The notes beneath the pieces are model-generated. The model was not told the origin of the DNA. It searched no databases and saw nothing but the letters and a program-made list of their open reading frames with translations. DNA of 64,000 bases, taken from positions 766,528 through 830,527 of the forward strand of contig BOKX01000001.1 in the NCBI GenBank assembly GCA_016861205.1, in the 5' to 3' direction. The position numbers and the translations under genes are program-made. The first letter of the stretch is position 1; the number at the start of each line of letters is the position of its first letter. This document shows, piece after piece, positions 58,775 through 64,000 of this stretch. The stretch comes from Patescibacteria group bacterium (GTDB taxonomy: Bacteria > Patescibacteriota > Microgenomatia > UBA1400 > PJMF01).

Positions 58775-59941
58775 ATGACCGACAACTTTAAACCAACCAG
58801 CTTCATCAAACAGCCACCGGCGGGAGTACCAGCTCCCAATACTCCGGCTGTTGGTTTAAACCCGGCTCCAGATGCTGGTGTACCAATGAGCACAGGTCCA
58901 GCCCCTAAATCGCCTAAGAAAATCTTTGGTATGGAAGCCAAGAGTCTGGCAGCCGTACTTGGCTTGACCTTGTTCTTCGTAGTTGCCATGGGCGGGGTTG
59001 CAATTTCACTGCGCCAACGAGTAGCTCAGGGGCCAGCCGCCCCCACCGCTCCTCAATCCCGACCTCAGGCAGATGTCGGTCAGATCGGCAGCTGTTCATT
59101 GTTCTTCGACGCCGAGCCAGTCGCCTCACCATACTGTAGTAGTATCAGTATTGTCGGCAACGCTGATCCAAACACAGCGACTAGCTTAACGTTCAGTTGT
59201 GCCGGCGCTCCTGGCAGTGACTACTACTTCTTCTCGTATCGAACAAGCCCAACTGGAGCTCTGCAGCTGCTGAGTTCTGGAACTGAGGCCACTTCATCTG
59301 CCATTAGTATGGCAGGTGTGAACTACTTGCACGTTCAATGTAACCCACACATTGGAGCTAACGGCTCGAGTGCCAGCAGTGTTAACGAGAACTGTAACTA
59401 TGAATTCACCCGCGGTGCCACCCCGACACCAAGTCCAAGTGTCACGCCTACTCCTACACCCACACCAACGGTGAGTCCGAGTGTGACACCCACACCGACC
59501 CCAACCCCCAGCAGTACACCTGGTGTAACTCCGTCACCCACCTACAGTTGCAACAGTAGCTGTTCGACCAATGCTCAATGTGCCACAGCCAACAGCAACT
59601 TCATCTGTTCCAATGGCTCGTGCCGGCTGAGTTCGAACCCAAGCAGCACCACTTGTAGTACGGTCGGCTGTAACGAGGTCTGTTCGTCCAACTCAGACTG
59701 TTCGAACACGTCACACATCTGTAGTGGAGGCCGCTGCCGCTTAGACAGTAATCCAGACAGTAGTACGTGTACACCTCCATCTACTACCACGACTACCACT
59801 GTGGCTCAACAAACTGGCACCCCATCTCAGCCAACCTTGCCAGCCGAGCTGCCACAAACTGGGGCTGAGGACTTTGGAACTTGGCTCAAGGCTGGTGTCG
59901 TCATCCTCTTGGGAGGCGCGGCTCTGCTACTGTTCCTATAA
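58775..59941 (+). CDS. cysteine-rich surface protein with C-terminal LPXTG-like sorting signal (paralog 4)
   Basis: Leader ...PQSRPQA, a YYFF/VQCNPH domain, PTPTP linkers, 2x CNSSC...ICS.G.CRL repeats. C-terminal LPQTG + hydrophobic segment. Confidence 0.6.
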   Translation: MTDNFKPTSFIKQPPAGVPAPNTPAVGLNPAPDAGVPMSTGPAPKSPKKIFGMEAKSLAAVLGLTLFFVVAMGGVAISLRQRVAQGPAAPTAPQSRPQADVGQIGSCSLFFDAEPVASPYCSSISIVGNADPNTATSLTFSCAGAPGSDYYFFSYRTSPTGALQLLSSGTEATSSAISMAGVNYLHVQCNPHIGANGSSASSVNENCNYEFTRGATPTPSPSVTPTPTPTPTVSPSVTPTPTPTPSSTPGVTPSPTYSCNSSCSTNAQCATANSNFICSNGSCRLSSNPSSTTCSTVGCNEVCSSNSDCSNTSHICSGGRCRLDSNPDSSTCTPPSTTTTTTVAQQTGTPSQPTLPAELPQTGAEDFGTWLKAGVVILLGGAALLLFL

Positions 59942-59956
59942 ACTAAAGGACCTCAG

Positions 59957-60886
59957 ATGCCCAAATCAACCCCGCTGACAAATCGATACAGACGGCGACG
60001 TATCTCGGGCTTGTTAACTGGTGGCCTGATCACGCTGCTAGTGTTGGTCGGCGGTGCAATTGGCTATTCGCAGGTTTTCAGGAACCAAGACTTAGCTTCT
60101 CAAGCTAGTGTGGCTGACGGAAATAGTCGAGCTTGCACAGCAGGCACTGTCGGGACAGAGTATGAGGGCACTCAAGGCAGCAACGGCTGCCAAAGCAATG
60201 AAGTTCCCGTGTACCGTTGTGTCAGGGACACTCATCGATCGGGCAACACCACGACATATACATACCACTGGCAACGAATCCGCTGTTCATATCGATCTGG
60301 CGCCACTACCTGTAACGGAACAACTGGCCGAGCGCAGGGTTGCCCTTGTGCTGATGATAGTCAGTGCAGTACACATAACTGTGCAGTGACGAGCTCCAGT
60401 GGTCCCAAAACGTGTGCCCCCTTTGACCCAGGTCCATTAACTCGCCCTGGTCAGCCTGGGCCTGGTGGCCAACCAGCTCCTGCTCAACCGACTCCAACAA
60501 GTGTTTCACAGCCGAATCCTGGCACACCGGGGCAACCTACTAACCCAACACAACCTGTCGTTCCAACGTGTACCGTAGTACTCAGTAAAAAGGATGCTAA
60601 GGGCAAAATGCAGCCTGTGCCAACTGCGCAACTCAAAAAAGATGATGTTGTGTACCTGAGCTGCCCCACCACAGGTCAGCCCACAACTACCTTCTGGGGT
60701 TTCTATCGGATAAATGCTGCTGGGACCGGTTACGACTTTGTGGCAGGTGGCGATACCGTTGGCAACCCACCATCAACAGTTATTCCCATTGTTCTGAAAA
60801 CTGGTGATCACTTTGAGTGCGCCCCCATGACCTTAGTCAATAACATTTCGAGTTATCATGCCAAATGTACGGCAGATATTAGATAA
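59957..60886 (+). CDS. cysteine-rich secreted protein (paralog 5)
   Basis: Leader RRRRISGLLTGGLITLLVLVGGAIGYSQVFRNQDLASQAS, a P/G/Q linker, and a C-terminal ~110-aa domain ending GDHFECAP. Confidence 0.55.
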   Translation: MPKSTPLTNRYRRRRISGLLTGGLITLLVLVGGAIGYSQVFRNQDLASQASVADGNSRACTAGTVGTEYEGTQGSNGCQSNEVPVYRCVRDTHRSGNTTTYTYHWQRIRCSYRSGATTCNGTTGRAQGCPCADDSQCSTHNCAVTSSSGPKTCAPFDPGPLTRPGQPGPGGQPAPAQPTPTSVSQPNPGTPGQPTNPTQPVVPTCTVVLSKKDAKGKMQPVPTAQLKKDDVVYLSCPTTGQPTTTFWGFYRINAAGTGYDFVAGGDTVGNPPSTVIPIVLKTGDHFECAPMTLVNNISSYHAKCTADIR

Positions 60887-60895
60887 GGATGGACC

Positions 60896-61933
60896 ATGTT
60901 CAGCACCAAACCACTCCCTAATAAACGAGCCCAACGTCGTCGATTGTCAGCAGTCATCACTGGTGGACTGATCATGACGCTGATGGTGGTCGGTGGCGTG
61001 ATTGGTTTCTCAGGTTTATTCCAGTCTCAAGATCTTGCTTCACAGGCAGCAGGTAGTATGTCGTGTGGTGGCCGCAGTGCTGGCTCTACTTGGAGAGGGG
61101 CAACCGGAACTGAGAGCTGTTCAAGCAATCAGCAACCCGCTTTTACCTGTGTGGAAGTCACTATCACAGGCAGTAAAAATCAAAAGACTAAGGTCTTGCA
61201 AGCTTTTAAAACTGGCTGTGTCACAACTGCTCCGTTAGTGACCGGCGCTCAGACCCAACAGAAGTGTGCCGATGCGCAGTCAACCTGTAACATTGGCAGT
61301 ACCACTTGTGGGAGCGCTTTTACCAAAACGGGTTCCTGCAGTGATCGACAAGACCAAGGAGTCTGCTGCAAAAAAACCGTCACTGCTAACCCCTTGACCT
61401 CATTGGCTAATCTGACCAAACCAGCCCCAGCCGCCAACACTCAGCCAGCCCAAACCGCACCGGCAACCAATCCAAGCCAAGGGTCAGCACCACAGGCAAA
61501 TCAGGGTACTGGTGGTCAAGCTCCAGCTGCACCTCTAGCCCCACAGCCTGGTGTTGAGCCAACCTGTGAAGTGACGTTGAACACCAAGACTATGACCGAT
61601 CAGCAGATCGCTGCCCAGGGCAAGCCGTTGACTGATGATGTTTTGGCCAAGTACATCACGCCGATTACTAGTTACAGCTTCGGCAATCAAGTGGCCTTCC
61701 ACTGTAATGTCACCAGCGGTGGACCAGTGGTAAACGTCTGGTGGGCCCTGTATCGAGTTGAGAACAACACGTACGTCGCCAAACTGAGTGGCAGTAAAAA
61801 TGCCAACAGCAGTTTGCTCGATCAGAGCTTGGTAAACTTGCAACCAGGTGACCACTTCGAGTGTGTGCCGACCTACATTGGCCCAAATGGTGTGGAGACC
61901 GAGGGCAAGAAGTGCAAACAAGTTTACTGGTAA
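60896..61933 (+). CDS. cysteine-rich secreted protein (paralog 6)
   Basis: Leader paralogous to the 59957 gene, one SDRQDQGVCCK module, a P/A/Q linker, and a C-terminal domain with GDHFECVP. Confidence 0.55.
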   Translation: MFSTKPLPNKRAQRRRLSAVITGGLIMTLMVVGGVIGFSGLFQSQDLASQAAGSMSCGGRSAGSTWRGATGTESCSSNQQPAFTCVEVTITGSKNQKTKVLQAFKTGCVTTAPLVTGAQTQQKCADAQSTCNIGSTTCGSAFTKTGSCSDRQDQGVCCKKTVTANPLTSLANLTKPAPAANTQPAQTAPATNPSQGSAPQANQGTGGQAPAAPLAPQPGVEPTCEVTLNTKTMTDQQIAAQGKPLTDDVLAKYITPITSYSFGNQVAFHCNVTSGGPVVNVWWALYRVENNTYVAKLSGSKNANSSLLDQSLVNLQPGDHFECVPTYIGPNGVETEGKKCKQVYW

Positions 61934-61952
61934 CGGGCACACAACTGTTTCC

Positions 61953-61983
61953 TTGAGATTGAAAACAGGTGGCGCGGTATAAT
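61953..61983 (+). promoter_or_regulatory. candidate tRNA promoter with perfect -10 TATAAT
   Basis: TATAAT at 61978-61983, 9 nt upstream of the tRNA 5' end. The -35 (TTGAGA/GAGATT) is weak and at a non-ideal spacing. Confidence 0.4.
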
Positions 61984-61992
61984 GCACCAGTT

Positions 61993-62066
61993 GCGCCTAT
62001 AGCTCAATTGGTTAGAGCGTCAAGCTTATACCTTGATGGTTCTAGGTTCGAGTCCTAGTGGGCGCA
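61993..62066 (+). tRNA. tRNA-Ile with anticodon UAU (AUA-decoding)
   Basis: GCGCCTA-TA-GCTC-AATTGGTTA-GAGC-G-TCAAG-CTTATAC-CTTGA-TGGTT-CTAGG-TTCGAGT-CCTAG-TGGGCGC-A. The anticodon loop reads U33-UAU-A37. Confidence 0.75.
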
Positions 62067-62075
62067 CTTGGATTT

Positions 62076-63077
62076 TTAGTTATTTCCTGCGTTGAGGTTT
62101 TTAAAAATCCCAGCAAACATATTTCTAACCGAGATTGGCAACCGCTCGTCACTGGCAAACTGCGTGGTAATCCGCAACAACTCGACTGCCGGCAACTCCT
62201 GCAACCCGTTTGTCCAAGCCTCAACCGCGGTCAAGTCCTCGGCCAAACTGAGCACTTCCGCTAACTTCATCAAATATAAAGAATCATCAACCCAGTCAGT
62301 GACCACTTCCAAACTGTGTACCACGTTGGGAGTGGCTGTCACCAATGGAGCTGGGTGGCAGAACTCGCCGATCTTGGTAATTGCTTCTGCCATGGGACCG
62401 CGAAAAGCACCTTGATCACTCAGTTTTCCAAATGCATCGGCATCGAGATCGGTAAAGTTTCTCAAAAATTTCTCAATTTGTGCTAAGGTACCAGAGCCAA
62501 TTTGGGTACTGAGCGTATACCAATTGGTATCGGGATCAACGCCACACAGTCTGAGAATCACCTCGTGTACTGCCGGTGAACTAGTCAAGAGTGGCCAGTC
62601 ATATGCTTTATAAATCCGAATGTCGTCGGCAAAATGCATACCCTGCAACCTTCCCTGTAACTTGGTGCGAGCCGCCCGCCATCCATACTGCCTCAGCAAA
62701 CCATAATCGTAGGTACCAGCCAAAAATTGGGCCACCGCCCGAGTGTTCACCTGACCGCTAAAATCAAGTGGCTTCATCCCTCCTTGAACGGCTTCTCTGC
62801 GAAATCCAGCAGCCGCAAAGGCTTGCGTGAGTTGTTCGTAGGCCTGCGGCGTTGTAACCAGGATGTGTTTCAAGTTGCCGAACGTCCAGGCTTCGCCAGT
62901 TGTCGCCAGCGCCAACAAACATGCCTCCGCCGTGGGTGGCAGTTTTTTCGATAGTGATCGAACATACTCGGTCTCGCTTTTGAGCGTCCGTGATCGATCA
63001 TGATCAATGGTGAGTGTTTGGGCTTCGGGTGTCAACATAGCAGGCTCAACAACCTGTAATATACGCCTATTTGTCAA
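62076..63077 (-). CDS. hypothetical protein (333 aa)
   Basis: Long ORF with no recognisable motif. Confidence 0.5.
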   Translation of the reverse strand: MTNRRILQVVEPAMLTPEAQTLTIDHDRSRTLKSETEYVRSLSKKLPPTAEACLLALATTGEAWTFGNLKHILVTTPQAYEQLTQAFAAAGFRREAVQGGMKPLDFSGQVNTRAVAQFLAGTYDYGLLRQYGWRAARTKLQGRLQGMHFADDIRIYKAYDWPLLTSSPAVHEVILRLCGVDPDTNWYTLSTQIGSGTLAQIEKFLRNFTDLDADAFGKLSDQGAFRGPMAEAITKIGEFCHPAPLVTATPNVVHSLEVVTDWVDDSLYLMKLAEVLSLAEDLTAVEAWTNGLQELPAVELLRITTQFASDERLPISVRNMFAGIFKNLNAGNN

Positions 63078-63098
63078 GCTATCTAGAGGTGAACAAGT

Positions 63099-64000
63099 CT
63101 AGTCCCAAATATGCAAGTCGAGTAAATCAATAATGGGACCGAGAACGGCAATTGGCTGCTTGACTGTTCGGTCAGCCAATACTCGAGTAAAATGTTCGTT
63201 CAATCGTTGCTTGTACGACTGTTGATAGTAAGGACTCAGGTTTGGGAACAGGTACTCAATTTCAGCATCGGTGATCGGCACAAAGACGCCACAGTGTTTA
63301 CTCAAGTCGAAATCACTCCAACCTTCACCTGGTTGGAGCTGCGGGAATCTGCCAAACAATGACTCAAACAGCGAGACTCCTAAACTATAGGCATCTCCCC
63401 ACTTGCTATAGGTTTCGGCTCTTGGTGCCGTATTAAAGTACTTCTCAGGCAACAGGTAATACGCTGTACCAACCCAGTTATTACTATCAGGGACCGGAAA
63501 CAAGGCCTCATTCGGATTTTCGCCACCAAAAAGTGTGAAATTAAAATCATAAATCCGCACATGGCACGGGTTCATAGCTAAAAAGTTGTCTGGCTTTACA
63601 TCATTGTGACTATCAACGTAATGATAAAAGTGGATTAAGCTACGCACTGCATTTACCCAGATTTTTGCCCACTCACCAAGATTTTCCTGACGAAGTGGCT
63701 CACTGCCCATGACATACTCACCGGTTGAACTGGTCAATGTGTAACTTTCGAGCGACTGCCCTTCTAAATATGACAGGATAATAAAACCATCGTCACTGAC
63801 TCCATATAAGTTGGGTGTAAAAACTTCATTTTCAGGCAGGGCCAAATACACCATCAGTTCACGCAGTAAAAACATGTCGACCCAAGCTTTGTGCTGAGCA
63901 GCATTGATCTCTTTGATAAGGCTTGGGATCCATTGGTCAAGCTCGTTTCTGACATAGGCGGGGGTCAGCTTGGCCAAGCCGCCGAACAAAGCGTTTAGAT
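63099..64000 (-). CDS. eukaryotic-like protein kinase domain protein (5'-truncated by window end)
   Basis: HNDVKPDNFL (HxDxKPxN catalytic loop), DFNFT (DFG-like), GTAYYLLPE (APE-like). The frame stays open upstream to the window edge; the track's M at 63989 is a TTG. Confidence 0.6.
   Translation of the reverse strand, partial: LNALFGGLAKLTPAYVRNELDQWIPSLIKEINAAQHKAWVDMFLLRELMVYLALPENEVFTPNLYGVSDDGFIILSYLEGQSLESYTLTSSTGEYVMGSEPLRQENLGEWAKIWVNAVRSLIHFYHYVDSHNDVKPDNFLAMNPCHVRIYDFNFTLFGGENPNEALFPVPDSNNWVGTAYYLLPEKYFNTAPRAETYSKWGDAYSLGVSLFESLFGRFPQLQPGEGWSDFDLSKHCGVFVPITDAEIEYLFPNLSPYYQQSYKQRLNEHFTRVLADRTVKQPIAVLGPIIDLLDLHIWD

Noticed and set aside
59400-59540. Apparent tandem nucleotide repeats (ACACC[A/G]ACC...) resembling a repeat array
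   Set aside because: They are in-frame codons for PTPTPTP/SPS linkers inside coding sequence, not a CRISPR or intergenic repeat. No CRISPR-like repeat-spacer periodicity was found anywhere in the window.

Overview
This is a dense, mostly syntenic chromosomal window from a small-genome bacterium. From gene content it looks Patescibacteria/CPR-like, possibly Saccharibacteria-like; this is inference only. The standard genetic code is used (TGA appears as a stop).

Housekeeping content, in order:
- a 3'-truncated 5'-3' exonuclease (Pol I N-terminal type), a KcsA-like K+ channel, ftsH, and a Xer-type tyrosine recombinase
- a SAM-cycle neighbourhood: a SET-domain methyltransferase, ahcY, a PfkB (adenosine-kinase-like) kinase, a histidine phosphatase and an aminotransferase
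- tRNA genes: two tRNA(CAU), a tRNA 3'-fragment duplicate, and a tRNA-Ile(UAU)
- groES-groEL with a degenerate CIRCE (HrcA operator)-like element upstream
- SPFH, yidC, and a t6A (tRNA threonylcarbamoyladenosine) operon with a tsaC-tsaE fusion
- class II RNR nrdJ with nrdR and two NrdR boxes
- two class-A PBPs, Crp/Fnr, a VKOR-like (vitamin K epoxide reductase) oxidoreductase, ldh-flavodoxin-pyrD, a GH18 hydrolase, cmk, smpB, lepA, rpsT and murJ

The most unusual region is 50.2-61.9 kb. Type IV pilus assembly-like genes (pilN, pilO) are followed by a tandem array of seven plus-strand genes for secreted or anchored mosaic proteins, six of them cysteine-rich. They share a conserved N-terminal leader/anchor, P/T-rich linkers and several reusable disulfide-rich repeat modules. 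One carries an LPXTG-like anchor. I propose this array, probably supported by the upstream VKOR-like gene, as an undescribed cell-surface/adhesion system.

Other notable observations:
- a conserved ~48-nt leader hairpin shared by ahcY and groEL, which sequesters the groEL SD like a fourU thermometer
- a QueC-like PP-loop protein paired divergently with a large unknown protein
- nested inverted repeats downstream of smpB
- an eukaryotic-like protein kinase at the window edge
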